64,000 bases of DNA, from sequence record DRR378314_1079. One strand, given 5' to 3'. The position numbers and the translations under genes were made by a program. Under the pieces are notes generated by a model. That model was not told where the DNA came from. It saw nothing but the letters and a program-made list of their open reading frames with translations, and did no database searches. Shown here one piece after another: positions 20,473 to 30,885 of this stretch; position 1 is the stretch's first letter, and each line of letters starts with the position of its first letter.

Positions 20473-21275
20473 CCGCCGCCCACCATCTTGTTGTCGAAGA
20501 CCTGTCCGCCGGCTATGGCGATCGCACTATCCTTGATGGGCTTGGTCTGGACATCACGCCTGGCCGTATCACCTCGATTGTCGGAGCGAATGCCTGTGGC
20601 AAGTCAACATTGCTGCGCACCATCTCACGCCTGCTGGCACCCAGCAGCGGGCAGGTTATGCTTGATGGCAGGTCGGTGCATCGTATCCCCACCCGCGAGC
20701 TGGCCCGCACGTTGGGCCTGCTGCCGCAATCACCGGTGGCGCCAGAGGGGATCACCGTTGCCGATCTCGTCAGCCGGGGTCGCCACCCGCATCACGGGCT
20801 GATGTCGCGCTGGAGCCCGCAGGATGACGAGGCCGTCGCCAATGCGTTGGACGTTACCGGAATCGCCGAACTGGCCGACAGGGAAGTGGATGAACTGTCG
20901 GGCGGGCAGCGGCAGCGGGTCTGGATCGCCATGGCGCTGGCACAGGAAACCGATGTGCTCCTGCTTGATGAGCCAACCACCTTCCTCGATGTCAGCCACC
21001 AGATCGAGGTGCTGGATCTGCTCACCGACCTGAACCACCGCCGTGGGATCACCATCGTCATGGTGCTGCACGACCTCAACTTGGCTGCGCGTTATTCAGA
21101 CCATCTGATTGCGATGAAAGACGGCCGGCTGTATGCCCATGGCCAGCCAGAGGATGTGCTGAATGAAGAGGTAATCCTGTCGGTCTTTGGCCTGCGCAGC
21201 CAGGTTATCCGTGACCCGATTTCAGGCACGCCGATGATGTTGCCGATCGGTCGTCACCGATTGGTGGGGGCGTAA
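20469..21275 (+). CDS. Iron-siderophore ABC ATP-binding protein (FecE/FepC-like)
   Basis: [36 protein letters not shown] start overlaps the upstream TGA. Confidence 0.93.
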   Translation: MTAAHHLVVEDLSAGYGDRTILDGLGLDITPGRITSIVGANACGKSTLLRTISRLLAPSSGQVMLDGRSVHRIPTRELARTLGLLPQSPVAPEGITVADLVSRGRHPHHGLMSRWSPQDDEAVANALDVTGIAELADREVDELSGGQRQRVWIAMALAQETDVLLLDEPTTFLDVSHQIEVLDLLTDLNHRRGITIVMVLHDLNLAARYSDHLIAMKDGRLYAHGQPEDVLNEEVILSVFGLRSQVIRDPISGTPMMLPIGRHRLVGA

Positions 21276-21347
21276 GTTCTCGACCACCCCGCCTCATTCT
21301 TTAGTGGCCAGTTGCGATCAAGTCGGAGCGACATTTCCATGAAAACA

Positions 21348-21366
21348 AATGATTATAGTTCTCATT
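21348..21366. promoter_or_regulatory. Putative Fur box
   Basis: AATGATTATAGTTCTCATT, 15/19 match to consensus, upstream of the TonB-dependent receptor. Confidence 0.7.
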
Positions 21367-21467
21367 ATTGACTTGATTACGATACCCGCAGACAATATGA
21401 CATCCTTGTAATCAGACGTTATATCAGGCGAGTGCCTGAGGCTTATAAACCATTAAGGATGTCCAGT

Positions 21468-23597
21468 ATGACTGTTCGCAAAAACCGGCTTGGTGCGGCA
21501 TGGCCACGTTCTAAAGGTACCACTACCGTCCTTCTATGCTGCACTACGCTGGCTGCTGTGCCCATGAGCGTGAACGCGCAAGAGGCAAGCGAAGGGAACG
21601 AGGAGAACGCATTCCGTCTTTCGCCCATCATCGTAAACGCGCAGGCACTAGCAGATGATGATGCAAACTCGACGGTTGCCCAGGAATTCTGGGTGGGCGG
21701 CAAGGTTGCAACCAGCATACTGGATACACCCGCCTCTGTTTCAGTTATCACCGAAAAGGAAATCGAGCAACGAAACGCCAGTACCACCGAGGAAGTCCTG
21801 CAGTACACGCCCGGGATCATCACGGATTACTACGGCACTGACGACCGTAACGACTATTTTAAGATCCGCGGATTCCAGGCCACCACCTACCGAGACGGGC
21901 TGACATTGGGATCCATGCGCGGCGTTCGCGAGGAATCCTATGCCTATGAGCGTGTCGAGGTGCTGCGTGGTGCAAACTCCACCCTGTTCGGCCCGGCAGA
22001 TCCAGGCGGGTCAGTGAACTTTGTGAGCAAGCAGCCACGGTTCGAGCGTTTCGGGGAAGGCTATGTGGGTTATGGTTCGTTTGACAACAAAGAGGCTGGC
22101 ATTGATGTTGGCGACGCCGTGAACGATAGTGAGACGCTTGCCTACCGCTTCACCGGCAAAGTCCAGGACAGCGATCGCGAGTACGATGACTCCAAGGACC
22201 AGAGCGGTTTCGTGATGGGCGGCCTGACCTGGGAGCCGACAGCGTATACTTCGGCGACCTTGATCCTCGACTACCTGAACCGTGACGACACCCCCAACAG
22301 CGGTGGCTACCCCCTCGACCGGGAGTATGATCGCAGCCAGTTCTTTGGTGAGCCAGAGTTCAACTATCACGACGTCGCGCGTACCAGTGTTACCGGCCTG
22401 CTTACTCACGATTTCGATAACGGGCTGGTCCTGCGTGGCAACCTGCGTTACAGCGATCTGACTGACAATTTCGGTTACATTTACCTGACGGACTCCGCGG
22501 CACGAACGGGCACAGTGGTAGACCGCGATTATTTCGGCACCAACAGTGAAGCTCAGGAAATGATCGGTAATGTCATCCTGCAATACGATGCCCGCTTTGA
22601 GCGATTCGACAGCAGCACGCTGGTCGGCGTTGAGTATCGCGATGCGTCAACTGAGGACAGTTCCTTTTACGGAAACGCGGCACCCATCGATATTTCTGAC
22701 CCCGTTTACAGCGGTGGACCGGGCAGCCTCAGCTTTTACAGCGATAACGAGCAGGACTACACCACCAAGTCGGTGTTCCTGACACAAAACCTGTCCTTCG
22801 ACGACCGCTATATCGTCACGGCAGGTATCCGCAACGATTCCCTGGACCTGTCCAGCAAGGACATCAGCGGAGTAACGGATTCCGACGACTTCTCGGAGAC
22901 CTCGCTCCGAGGTGCGCTGACCTACAGGGTTAACGACGAAGTATCCAGCTATATCAGCGTGGTGGAGTCGATCGCACCGCCGTCGATTGGTACCGAGCCC
23001 GAGCGCGGTGAGCAGTATGAGATTGGTGTGAAATATTCGCCCATTGGCACCAATGCGCTGTTCTCGGCGGCCATCTATGACCTCACCAAGAAGGATGTCA
23101 CCATTGCGGTCGTGCAGGATAATGGCACCATCGAGCGCGAAACCGTTGGCGAATCCCGCGTGCAAGGGCTCGATCTTGAAGCTAAGGTTGAGTTGACCGA
23201 CAACCTGGACCTGACCGGGGGGTATTCCTACATGGATTCGGACGTGGTTCGCAGCGCCCCCCTCCGCGACGGTACTGACATCGAAGGGAACGAATTCGCC
23301 ATTGCACCGAAACACACGGCTTCGCTCTGGGGTTACTACACCCTCCCGGGCACCGGCATGAACTTCGGTCTTGGTGCCCGCTACCTTGGGTCCTACTACT
23401 TTAATGCCGCCAATACATCCGAGAGTGATGCAGCGACGCTCTTTGATGCGGCCTTCTCCTACCGGGTGTTCAGGGACACCGACCTGACGGTCAACGTCAA
23501 CAACCTGTTTGACGAGCAGCATGTGGTCGGTTCCGGCACCGCGGATTACTACAATCCGGGCCGCGAGGTCACCGCAAAACTAAGCTATAGCTGGTAA
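21468..23597 (+). CDS. TonB-dependent siderophore receptor
   Basis: Plug DTPASVSVIT...IRGF, ERVEVLRGANSTLFG...PGGSVN, NVNNLFD, terminal YSW; start 21468 (RBS TAAGGA) or 21432. Confidence 0.93.
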   Translation: MTVRKNRLGAAWPRSKGTTTVLLCCTTLAAVPMSVNAQEASEGNEENAFRLSPIIVNAQALADDDANSTVAQEFWVGGKVATSILDTPASVSVITEKEIEQRNASTTEEVLQYTPGIITDYYGTDDRNDYFKIRGFQATTYRDGLTLGSMRGVREESYAYERVEVLRGANSTLFGPADPGGSVNFVSKQPRFERFGEGYVGYGSFDNKEAGIDVGDAVNDSETLAYRFTGKVQDSDREYDDSKDQSGFVMGGLTWEPTAYTSATLILDYLNRDDTPNSGGYPLDREYDRSQFFGEPEFNYHDVARTSVTGLLTHDFDNGLVLRGNLRYSDLTDNFGYIYLTDSAARTGTVVDRDYFGTNSEAQEMIGNVILQYDARFERFDSSTLVGVEYRDASTEDSSFYGNAAPIDISDPVYSGGPGSLSFYSDNEQDYTTKSVFLTQNLSFDDRYIVTAGIRNDSLDLSSKDISGVTDSDDFSETSLRGALTYRVNDEVSSYISVVESIAPPSIGTEPERGEQYEIGVKYSPIGTNALFSAAIYDLTKKDVTIAVVQDNGTIERETVGESRVQGLDLEAKVELTDNLDLTGGYSYMDSDVVRSAPLRDGTDIEGNEFAIAPKHTASLWGYYTLPGTGMNFGLGARYLGSYYFNAANTSESDAATLFDAAFSYRVFRDTDLTVNVNNLFDEQHVVGSGTADYYNPGREVTAKLSYSW

Positions 23598-23614
23598 TCC
23601 AGCTCATCGTCACC

Positions 23615-23647
23615 AACGCGTGGGCGGCCATTGGCTGCTCACGCGTT
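23615..23647. terminator. Long hairpin between convergent genes (probable bidirectional terminator)
   Basis: AACGCGTGGGCGGCCA-t-TGGCTGCTCACGCGTT; two positions pair only as G-U. Confidence 0.65.
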
Positions 23648-23685
23648 CAGTCCTGGGCGAGCATCGCCTCAATGGCTACTAGGCA

Positions 23686-25350
23686 TTACGTCAATGCCTC
23701 AATTGCCTTCGCATCGGTCGCAAAAATGTTCTCCTCCTTGATGAGCTGGGCCAGCCCTGTCCTTGACAGCGCCTCCCGCAACGGAAGCTTGGGGCCGGAG
23801 AGGTACAGGGTAATTCCCCTTGTGTCCAGAAAGGACCAGATATCCTGCAGGGTATCCAGGCCGGTAGAGTCGACCTGGTTCAGGGAAGAGGCGGAAATAA
23901 GCACCGTTTGCAGGTTCGGATCGGCGTCCACTTTCTTACGGATGTAGCGCTCCAGCACGGGCGCCGTCAGATAGGTCAGGGAGGCATCCATGCGTACACC
24001 CAGAACCCCCTCGGCAATGGGCGGCAACTGGTAGAGGTTTCTGTCCCGGAACCCTCCCGTTTCATGAACTCCCAGCTCAATGATTCGGGGCATGGCATGG
24101 TGATGAAGAAACGAGAGCAAAGAGGCTGCCATGCCCGCCAGTATTCCCCAGTACAGGTTCGGCACGGTGATCAGCGTCACCACCAGGGTGATGAGGGCTA
24201 CAATGCCATCCTTGGGATTTTCACGACTGAGTCGGGCCAGCGAGCGGACATCGATCAGCCGGGTGACAGGCACGATGATGATGGCGGCGAGAATCGCGGT
24301 CGGCAGGTGGTACAGGAGCTGAGTAAAGCCGAAGAGTGAGATGAGCACAACCAGCGAGGCAATCAGCGAGGCCCGCGCGGTTTTAGCACCACTATAGGCA
24401 TTCAGCGCCGTGCGTGAGAAGGATCCACTCACGGGGAAGGCGCCGCTGAAGCCACTGGCCATTTTGGCCAGGCCCTGACCGATCAGTTCCTGATTTCGGT
24501 CCCACGGCTCTCCGGTTATTCGCGACATGGTGCGGCAACTGGACATCGCCTCGGTAAAGCTGATTAGCGCAATGATCGCAGCGGGCAGGAGAAGCGCCAG
24601 GTGCTGGTCAATAGAGAGCGTCAGAGGCAGTGAAGGCTTAGGGAGCCCGCTCCCAACCGGGCCGATGACCGAGCCACCGAGTTGTCCGAACCCCAACAGG
24701 TAACTGCAGGCAATGCCAATCAGGGTAACCACCATGACGGCAGGCAGGCGCGCGGTCAATTTCCCGAGTAACAGCAAAGCCGCCACGCCGCCAAGGCCAA
24801 ACCCGGCAGTCGCGATCAGCCGCCAGGGGGCGTGTTGCCATTCCTGCCAGAGCGTGGAGAACCCGTTTTCCCCGGCGCCTGTATTGAAGCCCAGTAGGGC
24901 GGGGATCTGCGAAACGATGATGATGACCGCAGCGGCATTCACAAATCCCTGAACGACTGCATTCGAGACCAGGTTGGCAAGAATGCCCATGCGGAACGCG
25001 CCCATCAGAAACTGCATGAGCCCGGAATAGAGGGCGAGCCATATCGCCATGACCACCCATTCCGCTGATCCTGCTTCCGCCATCGGTTGCAACGCCGCGA
25101 AGGTCAGCAGGCTTGTTAATGCGACCGGCCCGACTGCAAGCAGTGACGACGAGCCGAACAAGGCCCCAACGATGCCCGGTAGCAGCGCTGCGTAGAGCCC
25201 TGTAACGGGAGGCATCCCCGCGAGTTGGGCGTATGCCAGGGCCTGAGGGATAAGCACCAACCCGACCGTGATGCCGGCTATGGCATCCGCCCGGTTCTGC
25301 CGCCTCGTGGGCCTGGCCCATTTCAGGAAGGGAAACAGCCTGAAGATCAT
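23686..25350 (-). CDS. SulP-family anion (sulfate) transporter with STAS domain
   Basis: AGITVGLVLIPQALAYAQLAG, NQELIGQGLA, GSFSRTA, STAS motif VDSTG. Confidence 0.93.
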   Translation of the reverse strand: MIFRLFPFLKWARPTRRQNRADAIAGITVGLVLIPQALAYAQLAGMPPVTGLYAALLPGIVGALFGSSSLLAVGPVALTSLLTFAALQPMAEAGSAEWVVMAIWLALYSGLMQFLMGAFRMGILANLVSNAVVQGFVNAAAVIIIVSQIPALLGFNTGAGENGFSTLWQEWQHAPWRLIATAGFGLGGVAALLLLGKLTARLPAVMVVTLIGIACSYLLGFGQLGGSVIGPVGSGLPKPSLPLTLSIDQHLALLLPAAIIALISFTEAMSSCRTMSRITGEPWDRNQELIGQGLAKMASGFSGAFPVSGSFSRTALNAYSGAKTARASLIASLVVLISLFGFTQLLYHLPTAILAAIIIVPVTRLIDVRSLARLSRENPKDGIVALITLVVTLITVPNLYWGILAGMAASLLSFLHHHAMPRIIELGVHETGGFRDRNLYQLPPIAEGVLGVRMDASLTYLTAPVLERYIRKKVDADPNLQTVLISASSLNQVDSTGLDTLQDIWSFLDTRGITLYLSGPKLPLREALSRTGLAQLIKEENIFATDAKAIEALT

Positions 25351-26991
25351 TTAGACGCGTAGCCGCTGGAGCTCTCCATTAAGGGCTTTGATAATCGTAT
25401 AGCACATTACCAGCATCACAATCGAGAAGGGAATCGCTGTGGCGGTCACCCCAGCCTGAAGCGCCGACAGCCCGCCACCGATGAGCAGTACGATCGCAAT
25501 CAGCCCTTCCACCGTGGCCCAGAACATACGCTGCGGGCGGGGAGCGTCTACCTTGCCGCCTGCGGTAATGGTATCGATCACCAGTGAGCCCGAATCGGAG
25601 GAAGTAACAAAGAAGATCAGCGCCAGAACAATGGCGAAAATCGAGGTGATCCCGGATAACGGCAGTTCGTTCAGCATGCCGAATACCGACAGCTCGGGCC
25701 GGTAACTGTCGATCACGTACTCTTTGACCAGACTGCTGCCTGGGTCGGCGTAAAGTTGATCCAGGGCGATGCCACCGAAAATGCCCATCCAGATAAATAT
25801 GAACAAACTGGGGATCAGCAGGACGCAGATGACGAATTCCCGAACCGTACGCCCGCGTGACACCCGCGCAATGAACATCCCTACAAACGGCGCCCAACTG
25901 ATCCACCAGGCCCAGTAGAAAACCGTCCAGCCCTGGCGATAGGCGTCATCATCACGACCGAAAGGCGCGGACATGGGGATCAATTCCTTTATGTAGGTCA
26001 CCAGCCCGGTCCAGAAGCCTTCCAGGCCTATGAGAGTGGGGCCGGTAAACAACACGAAAAAGAAGAACACCACGGCGAGAATCATGTTGAACTCAGAGAG
26101 CTTCTTCAGGCCGCCGTCCAGCCCACGCCACACGGAGACCAATGCCACCGCGGTTACCAGCGCGATGACGATGACTTGCGTAGAGGTGGTCACGTCCATA
26201 TCGAAAACAAAGTTCAGCCCCGCATTGGCCTGTTGTGCGCCCAGCCCGAGTGCTGTGGCGAGTCCGAACAGCGTTGAAAACACCGCGAGGATGTCGATCA
26301 CATCGCCCCACCAGCCCCAGACGCGGTCCCCAAGAACCGGGAAAAACACCGACCGAATGGAAAAGGGCAGCCCCTTGTTATAGGTAAAGAGCGCCAGTGC
26401 CAGGGCCATGATCACGTAGACCGCCCAACCGTGGATGCCCCAGTGAAGAAAGGTCCCGGCGAGCCCCAGCGCTTTGGCTTCGGGGATGGCGTCCGGATTC
26501 AGCACGCCGTCCGCGCCAAACGGTGAAAGGACACTCAAGGGCAAAGACACGTTGGCATGGTAGACCGGCTCCAGAACACTGAAGAAAAGCAGTCCGATAC
26601 CGATACCGGCGGTGAACAGCATGGCAAACCAGGACAGGTAGGTGTACTCCGGCCGTGCGTCGGGCCCGCCCAATCTTACCGACCCATAGGGCAGGACGAC
26701 CAGCGCCACAGAAAACAGGATGAAAATATTCACGACGATCATGAAATACCAATCCAGGGTGCCGGTTGAGAAGCTGACGATGGATTGGAAGACGCTGCCC
26801 GCTTTTCCGGGAAACAGCAGGGTGAGGACAATGAATACAACGGAAGTGAGGGCAGATATCACAAAGACACGGTTGTGAATGTCGAAGCCGATGGGCCCCA
26901 GTTTTCCTGCAATATTGTCCTGACCGACCTGGTAGTCCGTCTGCATGTCACTGGAATATTCGGGAGGCGAGGGTTCCGTTTGGGAGCTCAT
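25351..26991 (-). CDS. BCCT-family betaine/choline/carnitine transporter
   Basis: SWFAMLFTAGIGIGLLF, HWGIHGW, WTVFYWAWWISWAPFVGMFIARVSRGRT, FFVTSSDS. Confidence 0.95.
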   Translation of the reverse strand: MSSQTEPSPPEYSSDMQTDYQVGQDNIAGKLGPIGFDIHNRVFVISALTSVVFIVLTLLFPGKAGSVFQSIVSFSTGTLDWYFMIVVNIFILFSVALVVLPYGSVRLGGPDARPEYTYLSWFAMLFTAGIGIGLLFFSVLEPVYHANVSLPLSVLSPFGADGVLNPDAIPEAKALGLAGTFLHWGIHGWAVYVIMALALALFTYNKGLPFSIRSVFFPVLGDRVWGWWGDVIDILAVFSTLFGLATALGLGAQQANAGLNFVFDMDVTTSTQVIVIALVTAVALVSVWRGLDGGLKKLSEFNMILAVVFFFFVLFTGPTLIGLEGFWTGLVTYIKELIPMSAPFGRDDDAYRQGWTVFYWAWWISWAPFVGMFIARVSRGRTVREFVICVLLIPSLFIFIWMGIFGGIALDQLYADPGSSLVKEYVIDSYRPELSVFGMLNELPLSGITSIFAIVLALIFFVTSSDSGSLVIDTITAGGKVDAPRPQRMFWATVEGLIAIVLLIGGGLSALQAGVTATAIPFSIVMLVMCYTIIKALNGELQRLRV

Positions 26992-27040
26992 GAACTATTT
27001 ATCCTTCTTATCCAGATTAATACAAAGCGTAGCATGCAAA

Positions 27041-28561
27041 TCACCACACTTTTGGGTAACGGGACCGAGCCTCGAGATCATCGAGGTCAACGGTGTTCCG
27101 CATGTACTGGGCGCTGGCGTCGAACACAGGCTGATGGTCCCAGGGTGTGACCTGGCCTTTCATGTTTGCGCGAGCGATCAACTTGCGGCGGCGCTGGCTG
27201 TCGAGCACCGACTGGTGAAACTGTTCGGTATCCCAACGTTCGGCGACCTCGTCGCGGAAGCGCTGGAGTAAGTCCCGGTAATCAGGTGCCTCGGCCAGGT
27301 TGGTCAGCTCAAGTGGATCGGCCTCCAGATCGAACAGCTGGTCGGGATCCGGTTCGGAGTGGACGAACTTGTAGCGCCCCCGGCGGATCATCAGCAGGGG
27401 GGCGATGGCGCCCTCGCCACAGTATTCGCCGATGACCTCGTCATGCCCCTCCTGGCCTGTGAGATGGGGAATCAGGCTGCGGCCATCAATGGGTACCGCG
27501 TATTCCGGGGCCTCGCCGCCGCTGGCCAACTCGGCGAAGGTGGGGAGCAGGTCCATGGTCGACACGGACTCGCGGATCCGTCCGGCGGCAAAGCGATCTG
27601 GCGCATGGACGATCATGGGCACGCGGGCAGAGCCTTCGAACCAGCTCATCTTGTACCAGAGACCCCGCTCGCCGAGCATGTCGCCGTGGTCGCCGGAGAA
27701 AACGATGACGGTGTTCTCGTCCAGCCCGGTTTCTTCCAGCGCTTTCAGTACCTTGCCAAGCTGATCGTCGACGTAGCTGATGGCGCCGTAATAGGCACGA
27801 CGCGCGTTGCGGATCTGCTCTTCGGTGAGGGTACCCTCGTCACACTGGTAGACGTAACGCAGGCGCTTCGAGTGGGGGTCCATCAGCTCCCGCGAATAGG
27901 GCACTCTGGGCATGTCGATATCGTCGTGGTTATAGCGGTCCCAGTACTCCCGGGGGATGGTGTAGGGATCGTGCGGATGGGTCAGGGAGACCGTCAGGGA
28001 AAATGGGCGTTCCCGGTCGCTGCGGGCATAGTCGTAGAGGAAGCGCTGGGCGCGGAAGGTCACCTCATCGTCGAAATCAAGCTGGTTGGAACGCACACAG
28101 GGCCCGGCCTGGGTAACCGAGGACATATTATGATAGTAGCTCGGGCGTTCTTCGACGTTGTCCCAGTCAACGTACCAGCCAAAGTCGGCAGGGTAGATGT
28201 CGCTGGTCAGGCGCTGCTCGAAACCGTGGAGCTGGTCGGGGCCACAGAAGTGCATCTTGCCAGAGAGGGCCGTGAGGTAGCCGGCGTCCCGCAGGTAGTG
28301 AGCAAAGGTGGGCGTATCCGCGGAAAGCTCGGAGGCATTGTCGAACGCGCCGATCCGCGACGGTAGCTGGCCGGCCATCAGGACGAAGCGGGAGGGGGCG
28401 CAAAGGGGCGCGTTGCAATAGGCCGAGTCAAAGACGACGCCCTCCTCCGCCAGGCGTGACAGGTTGGGCGTTTTGACAACCTTGTGGCCATATAGCGGAA
28501 GTGACGTGGCGGTTATCTGATCCGCCATGAGAAACAGGATGTTCGGCTGCTTGTCCGCCAT
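27041..28561 (-). CDS. betC: Choline-sulfatase
   Basis: NILFLMADQ, sulfatase motif CAPSR, GKMHFCGPDQLHGFE, SDIYPADFGW, QYMRN; context of BCCT, SulP and LysR. Confidence 0.93.
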   Translation of the reverse strand: MADKQPNILFLMADQITATSLPLYGHKVVKTPNLSRLAEEGVVFDSAYCNAPLCAPSRFVLMAGQLPSRIGAFDNASELSADTPTFAHYLRDAGYLTALSGKMHFCGPDQLHGFEQRLTSDIYPADFGWYVDWDNVEERPSYYHNMSSVTQAGPCVRSNQLDFDDEVTFRAQRFLYDYARSDRERPFSLTVSLTHPHDPYTIPREYWDRYNHDDIDMPRVPYSRELMDPHSKRLRYVYQCDEGTLTEEQIRNARRAYYGAISYVDDQLGKVLKALEETGLDENTVIVFSGDHGDMLGERGLWYKMSWFEGSARVPMIVHAPDRFAAGRIRESVSTMDLLPTFAELASGGEAPEYAVPIDGRSLIPHLTGQEGHDEVIGEYCGEGAIAPLLMIRRGRYKFVHSEPDPDQLFDLEADPLELTNLAEAPDYRDLLQRFRDEVAERWDTEQFHQSVLDSQRRRKLIARANMKGQVTPWDHQPVFDASAQYMRNTVDLDDLEARSRYPKVW

Positions 28562-28650
28562 TAAAAAAGCTCCTGGCGTTAAACGGGGTTGCTGATTCGT
28601 TGGTTGTCATATTTTCCGCTAATCTTAAAGCCTGTAAACTCTCTGTTTTT

Positions 28651-28665
28651 TAATGGATGGTATTA
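28651..28665. promoter_or_regulatory. Putative LysR box TAAT-N7-ATTA in the betC/regulator divergent region
   Basis: TAATGGATGGTATTA fits T-N11-A with dyad symmetry. Confidence 0.45.
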
Positions 28666-28674
28666 GGTAAGCTA

Positions 28675-29598
28675 ATGTCACTGACGAGTAGACACCTATC
28701 GCCCAATGGTTTGCGGATTTTTGAGTCGGCGGCCCGCCACCTGAACTTCACCGCCTCCGCCAGAGAGCTGCGCTCCACGCAGTCGGCCGTCAGTCAGCAG
28801 ATAAGGCTGCTGGAGGAGCAGCTAGGGTTGACGTTGTTTGACCGCGTTTATCGCGGCGTACAGTTGACGGAGCCGGGTAGAGCCCTGTTTGAGAGCGTCC
28901 AGGAGGGGTTTGCCACCATCGAGAAGACAATTACCCGTCTGCAACAACACCATCGCAACCCACAACTCAATATTCTCACCGACTTTTCCCTGGCCACATA
29001 CTGGTTGCTGCCCCGTCTGCCGGACTTTCGTAAACAACACCCGCACATCGACGTTCGGATTATGACCAACCAGGGTGTTTTCGACTGGCGTAAGCAGGAG
29101 GCTGACGTGGTTATTGTTTTTGGTGACGGTCGGGAGCTGGAAGGTATCCCTCGATTGCTCAACGAAGAGGTTTTACCAGTGTGCGGCCCGGGATTCCTGA
29201 ACGCGCACGGCCCGATTGACGATTTGGAGCAGTTGGGCGACGTGCCGTTGCTGACGCTGACGGCCGATCAGGGGCAGCGGTGGCTGGATTGGCCGGCTTA
29301 TTTTGAGAACCTGGGGACGCCACCGCCCCTGGCGCCGCCGGAACTGACGTTCAATAATTACCCGTTGCTGGTCCAGGCGGCCATTGCCGGGCAGGGCGTT
29401 GCGTTGGGGTGGCGGGGCCTGATTGATGACCTTCTGGAACGACGCATGCTGGTAGGGCTGGAGCATCTCCGTCTGGGTACGGACAGCGGGTATGGCGTTG
29501 TCGACGTTAACCCGGACGACCCGAGTCCCGCAAAGCGGGTTTTCCTGGAATGGGTGCTTCTACACAGCAACCCACCCAAAGAAACGCCAACACAATAG
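28675..29598 (+). CDS. LysR-family (GcvA-like) regulator of choline-sulfate use
   Basis: FESAARHLNFTASARELRSTQSAVSQQIR, WLLPRL, QAAIAGQGVALGW; divergent from betC; start 28675 or 28657. Confidence 0.9.
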   Translation: MSLTSRHLSPNGLRIFESAARHLNFTASARELRSTQSAVSQQIRLLEEQLGLTLFDRVYRGVQLTEPGRALFESVQEGFATIEKTITRLQQHHRNPQLNILTDFSLATYWLLPRLPDFRKQHPHIDVRIMTNQGVFDWRKQEADVVIVFGDGRELEGIPRLLNEEVLPVCGPGFLNAHGPIDDLEQLGDVPLLTLTADQGQRWLDWPAYFENLGTPPPLAPPELTFNNYPLLVQAAIAGQGVALGWRGLIDDLLERRMLVGLEHLRLGTDSGYGVVDVNPDDPSPAKRVFLEWVLLHSNPPKETPTQ

Positions 29599-29692
29599 CG
29601 GCTGAAAATTCCACTGCACCCGCGCCATCCGTTGCTACACTATCTTGAATGGAACGATAAGGGCCACGCACCAGGTGCAGGAGGGATCCCGA

Positions 29693-30793
29693 GTGAAGAG
29701 CAGGCCAAACCTCTTGGCGGTGTTGGCGTACTGTGTTTCCAGCGTGCCATTAACGGCGTTTCTGTTTGTACACACAAGCCATGCTTACGGGCAAGAGGCT
29801 TCCGGGGCTGGCGATGAAAAGCCGGCCTCACCTTGGGTTATCGCTCCAAAATTCAGTAGCGATCCTAAAGTCGGCACCTCCTTGGGCCTGCTGGCCGGGT
29901 ACCTGTTCAAACTTGATCCCGAATCAACCTCGTCAATGGCCGGCGCAGTCGCGTCCTACAGCAATACGGATTCGGTTATCGGAGCAGCCTTCCTGCGGTC
30001 TTACTGGGACGACGACAGCAAACGATTCAGTGCGATGCTTGGCGGTGGCCGGATCAATAATGACTACTCCGATTTCCTCGGTTCGGGCCTTCCTGCATCG
30101 ACAACCGATGAGATGAAAGTGGCGTTTTCCCGTTACCTGCAGGAGGTTCACCAGCATTGGTTTGTTGGCGCGCAAGGGGTCTACACGAATTACCTGGTGG
30201 TTGGGGACGACTTCCGCACGGATGAAGTACTGAAAGCGCTGGGGCTCAATGGTGTCGACTCCGGAGCGCTGGGCCTGGTGCTTACCTATGATGACCGTAA
30301 CAATCAGAACGCCCCGACGGGGGGCAAACTGCTCAGTCTCGATAACTTTGCCTATCGTGAGGCTTTGGGCGGCGAAGAGAGCTTCGACACTCTGAACCTG
30401 GAGTTCAAACACTACATCACTCACAGGGAAGGCGCCGTCTTCGCCTATCACGTCTCAGGACGCTGGACGGACGACGCGCCGAACAGCGGGTACTCCAGCG
30501 TCAACCTGCGTGGCTACACTCGGGGCCAGTATCTCGCTCCCCATTCCCTGGCCGTGGAAGTGGAGGAGCGCCTGCACCTTTACGGGCGCTTCGGCCTGAA
30601 CCTCTTTGCGGGTGTGGCTTGCCTGTATGGGGGCGGGTTGGATTGTGATGAAAGCGACAATCTTTACCCCAGCGCCGGGCTGGGGGGCGAGTATGTCATC
30701 AAGCCCTCCGAGCGCATGGTGATCACGGTGGACTATGCCAAGGGTGAGGGTGAGAACAGTGGCTTCTACGTGCGATTCGGGCAGGCGTTCTGA
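29693..30793 (+). CDS. Outer-membrane beta-barrel protein (Omp85/surface-antigen-like, no POTRA domains evident)
   Basis: Signal peptide, YDDRNN...PTGG, LRGY motif, terminal RFGQAF; RBS AGGAGG before GTG 29693. Confidence 0.7.
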   Translation: MKSRPNLLAVLAYCVSSVPLTAFLFVHTSHAYGQEASGAGDEKPASPWVIAPKFSSDPKVGTSLGLLAGYLFKLDPESTSSMAGAVASYSNTDSVIGAAFLRSYWDDDSKRFSAMLGGGRINNDYSDFLGSGLPASTTDEMKVAFSRYLQEVHQHWFVGAQGVYTNYLVVGDDFRTDEVLKALGLNGVDSGALGLVLTYDDRNNQNAPTGGKLLSLDNFAYREALGGEESFDTLNLEFKHYITHREGAVFAYHVSGRWTDDAPNSGYSSVNLRGYTRGQYLAPHSLAVEVEERLHLYGRFGLNLFAGVACLYGGGLDCDESDNLYPSAGLGGEYVIKPSERMVITVDYAKGEGENSGFYVRFGQAF

Positions 30794-30885
30794 TTGTACG
30801 ATAGGGGCTGGAAGCGAGAGGACGTGACCGTGTAGGCACATCGTCTGCCCCGAGGTCACAGCGAATCACAGTGGAGGAGAGACAT

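Noticed and set aside
27359-28366. 335-aa ORF on the + strand
   Set aside because: Antisense shadow of betC with no recognisable motifs; expected from GC-rich codon bias.
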